The translations under genes were made by a program, and so were the position numbers. From a virus (taxonomy: Duplodnaviria; Caudoviricetes): a stretch of 38,579 nt of DNA. Shown piece by piece: positions 1 to 8,621 of this stretch (positions within the stretch are counted from its first letter, which is position 1; each line of letters opens with the position of its first letter). A model generated the notes under the pieces. It was not told the DNA's origin. It was given only the letters and a program-made list of their open reading frames with translations, and made no database searches. The DNA is taken from IMG/VR virus record IMGVR_UViG_3300037483_000703, positions 1 through 38,579 of that record, one strand, 5' to 3'.

Positions 1-82
1 GGCGATGTGCTGCGGGTCGAGGCGGCTGCCATGGAAGGCGCTGTTGCACGTCTGGCTCGCCAAGAGCTCGACGATGTGTAAC

Positions 83-144
83 GCGCCAACCAATTTGCGA
101 CGCCGCGACACTTAGTTTGCGACCTCGCCGGTCCAGCCTGGCGG
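83..144. promoter_or_regulatory. attR-like end: putative transposase-binding sites
   Basis: 18-mers GCGCCAACCAATTTGCGA (83-100) and GCGACACTTAGTTTGCGA (105-122), 22 bp apart; a weaker inverted copy at about 127-144. Confidence 0.7.
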
Positions 145-324
145 AGGTGCTGGCCTGACGTGCGTCACGTATCCGCCTCTCACATAAGCGCCGTTCTGGG
201 CATGAAAGTTGTTAGCATTAGGCCAGCAACACTCGAAAACCCGGCCGTCGCGAAGCTGAATGTCATAGAACCGCTTGTCGTAGTCCCCATCGAACGGCCG
301 CCATTCGCCTCGGTCGACCATCAT
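112..324 (-). CDS. Hypothetical protein, 70 aa (MMVDRGEW...)
   Basis: ATGA overlap with the upstream gene's stop at 321-324; C-terminal part of track ORF 112..588. Confidence 0.6.
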   Translation of the reverse strand: MMVDRGEWRPFDGDYDKRFYDIQLRDGRVFECCWPNANNFHAQNGAYVRGGYVTHVRPAPPPGWTGEVAN

Positions 325-1418
325 GCCCAAGTCTCGAAGTCTTGCGTTGCCAGGTTGGGGACGGTTCTGGGGGTGCGGTCGAGACCGGCCGCCCGGCAGG
401 TGATGGCGACGCTGGCCCCGCGCACGAGGTCCACCGAGAACGTACCGTCGGCCGCTGTTGTCGCCTTGACGATCTCCCGAACCATCGTGTTGCCGCCCGA
501 CGCCTGCGGCACCGAGCACTGGAAGGAGACTCCGGTCGAGCCAAGCGCGTTCCCGCCAGCGTCGACGAGCCGGCCGCTGATTCGGCACAGGCTCGGGTCG
601 CTCGGCAAAGCGGTGACGTACTTGGTGAGCGTGAACGAGTGCGGCGCATCGCCGGCGACGGTCAGGGTCTCGGGCACGGTCGCGCCGTATCCGGCCGGCG
701 GGGCGATGCGGAGCTTGTAGGTGCCGTCGTCCAGGTAGTCGGCGGCCTCGCCGTTGGCGTCTGTCGTGAGCTCGTGCAGGATCGTCGCGTTGCCCGAGTC
801 CCAGACCTGCACCCTTGCGTTCGGCACAGCACCGGCGGGCGTCTGGTCATCGACGAGCTGGAGCGTCACCGCTCGCAGCCCGGTCCCTTGCGCGGCCCGG
901 CTGGCGATCAGCGCGAGCGCCTCGCCGGAGCTGCCGGCGACCACGTGACCGGCGAGCAGCTCGTCGAGCACGGCGTCGGCCACAGCGCTCGCGCTAGGGG
1001 GCTCGCTCGGCAGATCTGCGGGGGTTGCGCGCGTTGACACTGCCGCATCGAGGTTGGAGAGGTCGCTGGCCTGTAGCGGGTCCTCTGCCCACACGTGATG
1101 CTCACCGCCTCCGCACACGGTCGTCGCAGCGGCTTCGTCGAGATCGTCGGTCATCGCGTAATGGACGGTGGCGCCCGCCTTGCCTGCCGTCGCTGCCGAA
1201 GGCAGGGCATAGACCCACTGGCCGGCCTGCAGATGCGTCGCCTCGGGCCACGTAGCCGGTGCGGCCTCCCACGAGTCGCCGTCCCAATATTTGCCGTCAT
1301 CAGCGTCGGCCGACTCGAGGCGCGCGACGCAGTAGACCGTGCCAGCGGCTACCATGGCACCCGTTGACTGGTCGTGCACAGCCGCGAGGAGGTCCTTTGC
1401 GGCGCCTGCGATGATCAT
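321..1418 (-). CDS. Accessory/virion protein with two carboxypeptidase-regulatory-like (Ig/prealbumin-like) domains
   Basis: Motifs VPNARVQVWD..TTDANGEA..LDDGTYKLRI and ISGRLVDAGG..TTAADGTFSVDL; translationally coupled to its neighbours. Confidence 0.7.
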   Translation of the reverse strand: MIIAGAAKDLLAAVHDQSTGAMVAAGTVYCVARLESADADDGKYWDGDSWEAAPATWPEATHLQAGQWVYALPSAATAGKAGATVHYAMTDDLDEAAATTVCGGGEHHVWAEDPLQASDLSNLDAAVSTRATPADLPSEPPSASAVADAVLDELLAGHVVAGSSGEALALIASRAAQGTGLRAVTLQLVDDQTPAGAVPNARVQVWDSGNATILHELTTDANGEAADYLDDGTYKLRIAPPAGYGATVPETLTVAGDAPHSFTLTKYVTALPSDPSLCRISGRLVDAGGNALGSTGVSFQCSVPQASGGNTMVREIVKATTAADGTFSVDLVRGASVAITCRAAGLDRTPRTVPNLATQDFETWA

Positions 1419-2779
1419 GCGATTCTCCTGCGGAGCGCGGAGACGATGCGGCCCTTGCCGGCGGCAGCGGCCTCGTAGTCCACCTCGAAATACAAAGGCA
1501 GCGTGGCGTGCTCAGTGGTGTAGCAGGCGGGGTAGCCAGCCGCGCCACTACGCTCGATCATCACAAAACCGTTGGTAGCACGGGCACCACTGACCCACTC
1601 GGTCGCCCACTGTACGGGCAGAGAGATGGTGTGCCACCCAGTCGATGGCGGCCTTATGGACGGCGGGTTTGCATCCGCATCGAAGTCGTTGCCCGAGATA
1701 CCGCACCCGTTGGCGCCCCCAGCCCAATTCTGAACTGTATATTTTGCCTGGTTCCAGCAGGCACTGCCGGCCTGGGCGGCAGCTCCTGCCGTCCCCTCCA
1801 CCCAGCTGTTGACATCAACGACATGGTAAGCGTCGATGTCTAAGTTGAGCGACGACCACCAGTAGGCGGTCATCCCAAAACCCGTGATCGTGTCGCAAGG
1901 CAGGGCGCCTGCCGCGATGCGCACCAAGCTGTTGATGCGCGACGAGTAGCCGAAATACAGGACAGTATCTCCGCCAAAATTGGAGTTGCCTGCGTTGCTC
2001 TGGATGCGGGTCTCTTCGATGTCCGTCGTCCCGCTCACTGTCACTGTCGGATCGACCCAGACAGGATAGACCGCGCTCGCCAGATCATCGGCGCTCACCT
2101 CCAGCCGGATCGTGCGGTAGGCGACGCCGCCGATGCGACGTGAATCGCCCTCGGTCATCGTGACGCCGATCTGCTGATGACCGTCAGGCCCGAGCCCTGT
2201 CGTTGCGCTGTCGTGCGCCCAGGGCGAGGGCAGGCGCAGCACCTCGGCGCCGTCGATGTCGAGCACGCGGGCGCCGCCGCCGACAAACTCCAGCGCGTGC
2301 CCGGCAGCGAGGCGCACCGAGAACTCGAAGGCGAGCGGGTGGCCTGGCGCGTGGAGGTGCAATTCCTTGGCGAGCTTGTGACGGCCGGGACGGTATACTA
2401 GGTCGGCCTGCGGCCACAGCGACGGCCAGCGCACCGCCGCGCCACCGTCCTCGATCACGGCGTCGGCGGACGTGCAGTCGAGCGCCTTGATGTTGAGCCA
2501 ACACCCAGGCCGCTCGCTGATGCGGCAGCCGACCATCGCGCGGTTGCCAGCATCCATCGCATCGCGGAAGTAGCATTGCAGCGGAGCGTGGTGGCTCTGG
2601 TGCGAGAAATCGAAGGCGCCGGACCACGCGGGCGGCGCGCCCTGCGCCTGCGCCGCGCCGGGGGTGCTCGGCTGCCAGTCTTGGCCGGGCTCCCGGTAGT
2701 TGAGCCAGTTCGACACGCGGCGGCGCACTCGCCTGCCCTCGAGCGGCGTGTCTGTCCAATGCTGTGCTCGAGCGACCAT
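1415..2779 (-). CDS. Beta-rich accessory protein, 454 aa, with a C-terminal DNRLRE-like domain
   Basis: Start placed at the TAATG overlap with the fibre gene stop (2779). YPVWVDPTV linker, then ETRIQSNAGNSNFGG..SLVRI and W..G..TNGF motifs. Confidence 0.65.
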   Translation of the reverse strand: MVARAQHWTDTPLEGRRVRRRVSNWLNYREPGQDWQPSTPGAAQAQGAPPAWSGAFDFSHQSHHAPLQCYFRDAMDAGNRAMVGCRISERPGCWLNIKALDCTSADAVIEDGGAAVRWPSLWPQADLVYRPGRHKLAKELHLHAPGHPLAFEFSVRLAAGHALEFVGGGARVLDIDGAEVLRLPSPWAHDSATTGLGPDGHQQIGVTMTEGDSRRIGGVAYRTIRLEVSADDLASAVYPVWVDPTVTVSGTTDIEETRIQSNAGNSNFGGDTVLYFGYSSRINSLVRIAAGALPCDTITGFGMTAYWWSSLNLDIDAYHVVDVNSWVEGTAGAAAQAGSACWNQAKYTVQNWAGGANGCGISGNDFDADANPPSIRPPSTGWHTISLPVQWATEWVSGARATNGFVMIERSGAAGYPACYTTEHATLPLYFEVDYEAAAAGKGRIVSALRRRIA

Positions 2780-3912
2780 TAGAGTGAGTGCATGACAAGG
2801 TTCGTCCCCGACGCCGCCACGGAAACAAACAAGGATAACTCGGGTGACCAGTCGATGCTGGCCCATCCGTTCGCTTCCGCAGCCCCCCGCCCCGTCCAGG
2901 TGATGCCGTCTGGCGAGGTCATCACGCGATAGGTGCCACTGGTCGCCACGGCAACGAACAGCGACAACTCTGGCGCCCAGACCACCTTCGACCAGGAGGA
3001 GGCCGCATCGGCAGCCGTCCGAGAGTTCCAGGTGATGCCATCGGCCGAGGTCATGACGACACCGACACCGACGGCGACGAACAGCGACAGCTCGGGGGAC
3101 CAAGCAACGTCGTGCCACGGCCCAGTGATCGCCGCGTGGCCGGTCCAGGTGATTCCGTCGCTCGAGCTCATTGCATAGTACGTCGTCGCGACGCGCGCCA
3201 CGGCGACGAACTCGGCCAGCTCCGGCGACCAGCAGACGCCGTGCCACTCATTCGACTCGGGCTGTGTGCGCGGCGACCAGACAGCCCCGTCGGGCGAGGT
3301 CATGATGCGGTCGGTGCTGGCGTCGCCGACAGCCACGGCTAGAGAGAGAGCAGGCGACCAGCACACCGCCTCCCACAAGCCGGACCAGCCATAGGCGTGG
3401 CTGCTCCAGGTGATGCCGTCAGCGGAGGTGAGAACAGCACTGGTGCCGACAGCGATGAACAGCGAGAGGTCGGGAGACCAGACGACGGCCTGCAACACCG
3501 CAGTCGCGGCCCGTGGCGTCCAGGTGATGCCGTCGGGCGAGGTCATGATGTGGTTCGTGCCGTTGATAGAGCACGCCGCGAACAACCGGAGCGTGGGCGA
3601 CCAGGCCACCCCGTACCACTGGTTCGCCTCGGCTGCCGCGTGGGCCGTCCAGTTGCGCGTCGCCATGTTCTGCGCAACCGTTTTGGTAAGGAACACCCTG
3701 CGGATCGCCTCGTCGAGTTGCCCGTTGTCGCTCTTGTCGAGCGTAACGCCTGCGCCTTCGACGACGCCGGCGAGTTCCTCCTGCATCGCGTCGAGCCAGT
3801 CCTCGGTCATGCGGGTTGAGGCGACGCCGGCCACAGGATCGCCTTCGGTGAAGCCATCCTTGCCGGCTCCGTGCTTGTCGGCCTCTGCTGTGGCGTGGTC
3901 TATGCGGTGCAT
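2779..3912 (-). CDS. Tail fibre / receptor-binding protein: Mu gp49-like N-terminus plus Asp-box beta-propeller
   Basis: N-terminal MHRID..FTEGDP..WLDAMQEEL..QLDEAI; six S-x-DG-x-x-W repeats; lies after gp48. Confidence 0.8.
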   Translation of the reverse strand: MHRIDHATAEADKHGAGKDGFTEGDPVAGVASTRMTEDWLDAMQEELAGVVEGAGVTLDKSDNGQLDEAIRRVFLTKTVAQNMATRNWTAHAAAEANQWYGVAWSPTLRLFAACSINGTNHIMTSPDGITWTPRAATAVLQAVVWSPDLSLFIAVGTSAVLTSADGITWSSHAYGWSGLWEAVCWSPALSLAVAVGDASTDRIMTSPDGAVWSPRTQPESNEWHGVCWSPELAEFVAVARVATTYYAMSSSDGITWTGHAAITGPWHDVAWSPELSLFVAVGVGVVMTSADGITWNSRTAADAASSWSKVVWAPELSLFVAVATSGTYRVMTSPDGITWTGRGAAEANGWASIDWSPELSLFVSVAASGTNLVMHSL

Positions 3913-3915
3913 GGT

Positions 3916-5307
3916 TCAGTACCTTTCAGGAGTCGTCCAGATAGTTCCGTTATCGCCGACAGCGATAGCTGTTCCCGTGCCCGCGCCCATGATGCGCCGG
4001 AAGGAGACACCGCCTGTGCTCGGCGTAACATCCTCCCAGGCGATGCCGTCGGCAGACCTGTAGATCGATCCGTCCGCGAACGAGGCACAGAGATCCCCGT
4101 TGGCATCGATGCCGAGCCCCCAAGGGTCGGCACCGAAGGCGGTGGCGTGCTCCGTCCAGGTCGCCCCGTCCGGCGACGTGAGGGTGCCTGTGGATCGGAT
4201 GAGCACAAACTGCGCGCCGTCCCATGCGGCGCCGCGAAACCAGGGGGAACCGGGCACCGCCGCTAGCACCTGCACCCACGTAGCTCCCCCATCAAGGGAC
4301 CGCTGGATCTCGCCCTCTGAGCCGGCGGCGACGACCACAGTCCCGGTATCCACTAGGCCGACAGCGACACCCGCGTATCCAGAGGCGTAGGCACGAGCCG
4401 TCCAGATGATGCCGTCGGGTGATGTCTGCACCTCCCCCCCAGAACCGCTGGCCAAGAACCCGCCACCACTGAGAGGGATAACCCGGTAGAAGGCGCCCGC
4501 ATACCCGCCGGCCGCAAAGCGAGAGGTCCAATTCACGAGGTCGGCAGAGGTCTGGATTTCGCCCGCCGAGCCGACCGCGCACCACAGTGCTAGGGCAGGC
4601 GAGTACGCCACACCCAGCAGGACACCGGCGAACCCGCCACCTACGGGACGAGGGGTCCAGGCGTCGCGATCGACGCTGGTTAAGATGGTCGGTCCCAGGC
4701 CGACGACGACGTAGGCCGTGCCGTCAGTAGCGCAACACCTGAGCGTCTCACTCACCCCACTCACAGGCTGCCACCAGGACGAGGCCTCGAATGCCGACGT
4801 GAAGATCGGCACCGTATGCGCCGGCGCGACGGCGCGCAGCGCAGCCTGCAGCGCAGCATCATCAGTGCCGATCGACGAGTACACGTGCCACGCGTGCGAC
4901 CATTCGTCCTGGAAGAGAGACGCACCCGCGGCGGAGCCAGCCACGAAGGGGTCATGATACTCGCGAATGCTAATGGCGTAGCCGAGCGCAGCCGCGAGCT
5001 CGGCCATGAGGGCACGAGACGGGTCACCGTGGCCGAGTAGCCGCGCGTGCAATGCTGCGCGACGCTGGGCAGTGGTCTTTCCAGCGGCGCTGAGCCCCGC
5101 TACACGCTCCCAGTCCGCCAGCAGCTCGCTCGTGGTTCGCGGGTCGATCTCCTCGAGGAGGGCCAGCTCCCGGCTATCGACACGGTCGAACTCCTGTGCG
5201 AGCCCGTCGAGTAGCTGCGTGAGCTCGGCGTCGTCGTCACGCGGCCACGCGGGCCCCGGCGGCAGCAGCGCCTGCAGCGGCCGGAGGTATTTCGCCGGGC
5301 TCGTCAT
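3916..5307 (-). CDS. Baseplate protein gp48 (YmfQ/DUF2313-like) fused to an Asp-box beta-propeller
   Basis: LQALLPPGPAW..ELLADWER..PAHT in the first ~170 aa, then six S-x-D-x(3-4)-W repeats. Confidence 0.85.
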   Translation of the reverse strand: MTSPAKYLRPLQALLPPGPAWPRDDDAELTQLLDGLAQEFDRVDSRELALLEEIDPRTTSELLADWERVAGLSAAGKTTAQRRAALHARLLGHGDPSRALMAELAAALGYAISIREYHDPFVAGSAAGASLFQDEWSHAWHVYSSIGTDDAALQAALRAVAPAHTVPIFTSAFEASSWWQPVSGVSETLRCCATDGTAYVVVGLGPTILTSVDRDAWTPRPVGGGFAGVLLGVAYSPALALWCAVGSAGEIQTSADLVNWTSRFAAGGYAGAFYRVIPLSGGGFLASGSGGEVQTSPDGIIWTARAYASGYAGVAVGLVDTGTVVVAAGSEGEIQRSLDGGATWVQVLAAVPGSPWFRGAAWDGAQFVLIRSTGTLTSPDGATWTEHATAFGADPWGLGIDANGDLCASFADGSIYRSADGIAWEDVTPSTGGVSFRRIMGAGTGTAIAVGDNGTIWTTPERY

Positions 5308-6356
5308 GTGAACGTCACCGTCCCGAGCACGGAGAGGTCGTAGCCGGTGCGCACCAGGTTAGCTGCTGGCGCAGCCAGCACGTGGTCGTCTTCTCCCGTG
5401 GCCAAGCTGATGGCCTCGTTGAACTGGCTCAGATAGAGCGTGCCGCGCGGGACCGACTTGCGGCGGAAGAAGTCCTCGAGCTGAGCCTCTACCTCGGCCT
5501 GTACGGCTGCCGTGTTCGGCGTAACCAACAAGGTGCAGTTCTCGGCGACGGCGGTGGGAGCGTAGACCTGCACGTCTGCCGTGACCGGTCGACGCGCGTC
5601 TAGGTATGCCTGCACCTCGGCGACCTTGGCGGCGTCCGGGATGATGCTGCCGGCCTGGTCGTCGCAGACGAACACCACAGAGACCGTGCCAGGCCCGAGG
5701 TCGACGGGGAATTGCCAGGCGCGAGTCACGCCCGCTACCTCGAGCGCCCAGTTGACATAGTCGTCCGGCCCACCCCCCTTCGGTGGCGACTGGATGCGCG
5801 ACAGCAGCCGACTGAGCAGCGACGCATCCTTCTCGCGGTCGAGTCCACCGGTCAGGCCACTCGCGTCAACCACGGCCTCGCTATCGACACCGGTGACCGG
5901 AGAGACGAGGCTCAGCTTGCTGCTGGCGTCGGCATTCCCAGCAGCTCCGGCCTCGGCGGCGGTGACAGCCACAGCGCCGACGCCGGCCGCGATGGTCACG
6001 TCCGCATCTTGGACGTAGAGAGTGCCGTCGTTGCGCTGCCACTGCGTCGCCGCGGGGCAGAGTGCGCCGTTTGTGCCGGTGATGCCGGCCCCGCCCGCCG
6101 CCTTGGCCGCCGCCTTCTTTTCAAGCCCATAGATGCTAGCCCATCGCTCCGCGAAGGACGCCTCGGCCGTGTCCGGCAGGAGCTGCCGCGACAGCCACAT
6201 CAGGTGGCCATGCAGCCCGTGCGCGAGTCCGGCCACGGCCTTGGCTAAGACATACTCGGTGTGCCTGCGCAGTCTCGCATCCGCGCCAGGCAACAACGTC
6301 TCGATGTCAGCCTGGATGCGGGCGATGAGCTCGGCGATTGTGGGTCTGCTAAACAA
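5304..6356 (-). CDS. Baseplate J-like wedge protein (Mu gp47)
   Basis: FSRPT..GGLDRE..PPKGGGPDDYVNWALEVAGVTRAW; synteny. Confidence 0.92.
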   Translation of the reverse strand: MFSRPTIAELIARIQADIETLLPGADARLRRHTEYVLAKAVAGLAHGLHGHLMWLSRQLLPDTAEASFAERWASIYGLEKKAAAKAAGGAGITGTNGALCPAATQWQRNDGTLYVQDADVTIAAGVGAVAVTAAEAGAAGNADASSKLSLVSPVTGVDSEAVVDASGLTGGLDREKDASLLSRLLSRIQSPPKGGGPDDYVNWALEVAGVTRAWQFPVDLGPGTVSVVFVCDDQAGSIIPDAAKVAEVQAYLDARRPVTADVQVYAPTAVAENCTLLVTPNTAAVQAEVEAQLEDFFRRKSVPRGTLYLSQFNEAISLATGEDDHVLAAPAANLVRTGYDLSVLGTVTFT

Positions 6357-6753
6357 AGGGCACCTCCCAATATCCGCTCCATGCGGGCGCTATGTCACCC
6401 GGCTTGGAGATGCTCACCCGCAGGCCCAGCAGGCCGGCCGACACGAGCTCGGCAGTCGCGTCCACAGCAGCCGCCACCCCGTCGGCGAGCATCCAAGACA
6501 GCGCCTCCTTGGCGTAGCGCGCAGCGTCCGCGGCGTCTTGGCGGGTGAGCTTGCCGCGCTGAAGACGCAACAGGAACGAGCCGAGCTTGTCGCCGGCGAC
6601 GTCGGGGTAGGCGTCCATCCAGCAGCCGGCGTCGCGGTCGGTGAAGAGGCTCATCGTCACGGCGCTCTCAAAGCCCTCGTCGGTGGCAAGGTTGCCGCCA
6701 TCACGCACCAGGTCGGCGCGCTGCAGCTCGGTATCCCAGCGCAGGAGCAGCAT
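6349..6753 (-). CDS. Baseplate protein (Mu gp46)
   Basis: AVTMSLFTD..GCWMD..LGSFLLRL..YAKEALSWMLADG. Confidence 0.88.
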   Translation of the reverse strand: MLLLRWDTELQRADLVRDGGNLATDEGFESAVTMSLFTDRDAGCWMDAYPDVAGDKLGSFLLRLQRGKLTRQDAADAARYAKEALSWMLADGVAAAVDATAELVSAGLLGLRVSISKPGDIAPAWSGYWEVPFV

Positions 6754-6980
6754 CAGGCGACGCCTCCAGCCACTGTGTCACTGCCGGCGGTGACGCCAGT
6801 CAGGTCGGCATTCGTTGCCACTTCGACCATCGCCTGTTGAATCGCCACTGCAATGACCTCAGCCATTGCTGTCGCGATGGCGTCCTCGGTGGTCGGCGGT
6901 GAGCCACCGCCGAACTGCGTGACGAACGCGTTTTTTATCGCTGCCTTCATGGACGCGGTGGGTGTGGTCGTGATCGCCAT
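6753..6980 (-). CDS. Small hypothetical baseplate-region protein, 75 aa
   Basis: Fills the gp45-gp46 gap exactly, with a TGATG overlap. Confidence 0.7.
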   Translation of the reverse strand: MAITTTPTASMKAAIKNAFVTQFGGGSPPTTEDAIATAMAEVIAVAIQQAMVEVATNADLTGVTAGSDTVAGGVA

Positions 6981-6981
6981 G

Positions 6982-7572
6982 TCAGTCCGCCTTCACCAGG
7001 TCAGAGGCGACGGTGTCGAGCTGCCCGACCGGACAGCCCGTGCCGAGCGGCGAGCCGATGACACCTGGCGTCGGGCTCGGCCCAATGGTCGCCGTCGTAG
7101 TGTGGAAGTGGCCATCGAAGGCCGCCTGCAGCTTGGTGAGGCGGTCGTCACACTTGCTCGCAAGCGCCAGCGCATCCGCGGCCGCGTCGCCGCTGGTCAG
7201 GTGGATCTCCCCGCCGCGCTTGAGCAGCACCTTGAGCCCCTGGTCGTCATAGAGACAGACCTCACCCTCCTGCAGGCTCTTCGGCCGATGCCGCCGGTCC
7301 GCCACCGCGAGCACCACGCCGTGGTCGCGATTGCCTCCAATCGACAGGAAGACCACTTCCGCCTCGGCAAAGGGCACGGCCGTAAGACCGTATCGCTCGA
7401 AGTCCTCCACGTCGCTCCGGAGCTCGTCGGCGAGCAGCGCCACCTGCAGGCTCTGCAGCTTGGTGGCCGCATTCACTCGCTGCACGACGCCACGCGACAC
7501 CATGAGCGCGACCCGCCGCTGCAGGGGCGCCATCATTCGGCGCACGAGGCGCATGACCTCGGTCCCGTTCAC
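6982..7572 (-). CDS. Baseplate spike / assembly protein V (Mu gp45)
   Basis: E.FERYGLTAVP..GGNRDHGVV..DRRHRP..GEVCLYD; C-terminal HFH motif. Confidence 0.9.
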   Translation of the reverse strand: MNGTEVMRLVRRMMAPLQRRVALMVSRGVVQRVNAATKLQSLQVALLADELRSDVEDFERYGLTAVPFAEAEVVFLSIGGNRDHGVVLAVADRRHRPKSLQEGEVCLYDDQGLKVLLKRGGEIHLTSGDAAADALALASKCDDRLTKLQAAFDGHFHTTTATIGPSPTPGVIGSPLGTGCPVGQLDTVASDLVKAD

Positions 7573-8621
7573 AGCCCCCAGTCCTTCTGCTGCTTCTGCC
7601 GCTTGGGCGGCAGCTTCAGCACGTCAAAGGCTTCACGACGTGTCAGCTCGAGCTGGGTCTGCGTGCCCTCATCATTGCGGAGCTGGGTGGCCGAGACGAT
7701 GAGCAGCTCGGCGTCGAGTCGGAAGAATGGGTCGCGCACGCGAGCCCTCGTGTTCGGCGCCCACAGCCCCTCGGCGCACTCCCAGCCGCGAACCGTGTAG
7801 CTGTAGCGCAGGCTCTTGCCGTACCTGACATTGCGCTCCCAGTCGGCGCGCTTCTGCAACTCCACGCCCGAGGCCTCCTGCCCCTCGGCCATCACGATGG
7901 TTGGCCGGTACCGCTCGATGTCTTCGTCGACGGAGACCCGCTTGAGCGCGGCCGCGCTGCTGCCATTCAAGTTGTCGGTGCCAGCGGACTGGCCCTTGAC
8001 GATGTACTGGCTGTGCCGGTCCTTCCAGCTACCCCTCCGAGCGCCGCGCACAACGTTCACGCCACGCTCGATCACAGTCTTGGTCTGGCCCTGGCCTGCG
8101 CGGGTGAGGACGAGGTCTCCCTCGCCATCGGTGGTCATCAGCACGCCGCGCATGCGGCACGCGCGGTCGAGCGCCTCGAACACTGTCTCACCATCCTGCA
8201 GCCCGAACCGTGCGAAGCGTGCGCCGAGGTCCGTCTCAGCAGTGGCGCCGATGTCGAACGGGGCGCACAGGTCTTGCGCGATTTCCAGCAAGGTGCGGTT
8301 ACGGAGCTCGCCGCCCTTGCAGATAGCGGCACAGTCGACGAGGTCCCCCGTCTTCGCCCGGCCGCCCACCTGCATCGTGTGGCTCTCGGCGTCGTAGGAG
8401 ATATCGGAGTCGTCGACGTAGCCCGCGATTAGGCCTCCCTTGGCCCACTCGAGCACCGCCGCCATCCCTTCGAGGATGGGCACCGGTTCGTCCTGCCCAG
8501 CCCAGCGCTCGGTGAAGCCGAGTGAGAACTTCGGCGCGAGCTGCTCGAGGCTGCGAGCGACGCTCACGCTCTGCCAGCCCTCATACCGCTGGCCAGCGAT
8601 GACTAAGGAGAAGTCACCCAT
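7569..8621 (-). CDS. Baseplate hub protein (Mu gp44/gpP)
   Basis: YEGWQSVSVARSLE..GRAKTGDLVDC..GETVFEAL..LWAPN. Confidence 0.92.
   Translation of the reverse strand: MGDFSLVIAGQRYEGWQSVSVARSLEQLAPKFSLGFTERWAGQDEPVPILEGMAAVLEWAKGGLIAGYVDDSDISYDAESHTMQVGGRAKTGDLVDCAAICKGGELRNRTLLEIAQDLCAPFDIGATAETDLGARFARFGLQDGETVFEALDRACRMRGVLMTTDGEGDLVLTRAGQGQTKTVIERGVNVVRGARRGSWKDRHSQYIVKGQSAGTDNLNGSSAAALKRVSVDEDIERYRPTIVMAEGQEASGVELQKRADWERNVRYGKSLRYSYTVRGWECAEGLWAPNTRARVRDPFFRLDAELLIVSATQLRNDEGTQTQLELTRREAFDVLKLPPKRQKQQKDWGL

Noticed and set aside
2780-3247. N-terminal extension of track ORF 1415..3247
   Set aside because: It overlaps the fibre gene in another frame and is Arg-rich shadow sequence; the TAATG-coupled start at 2779 is better.
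2779-4760. Recurring CCAGGTGATGCCGTC-like repeats as a CRISPR array or DGR template/variable repeats
   Set aside because: They are in-frame Asp-box protein repeats. I found no cas genes, no reverse transcriptase and no adenine-specific repeat pair.
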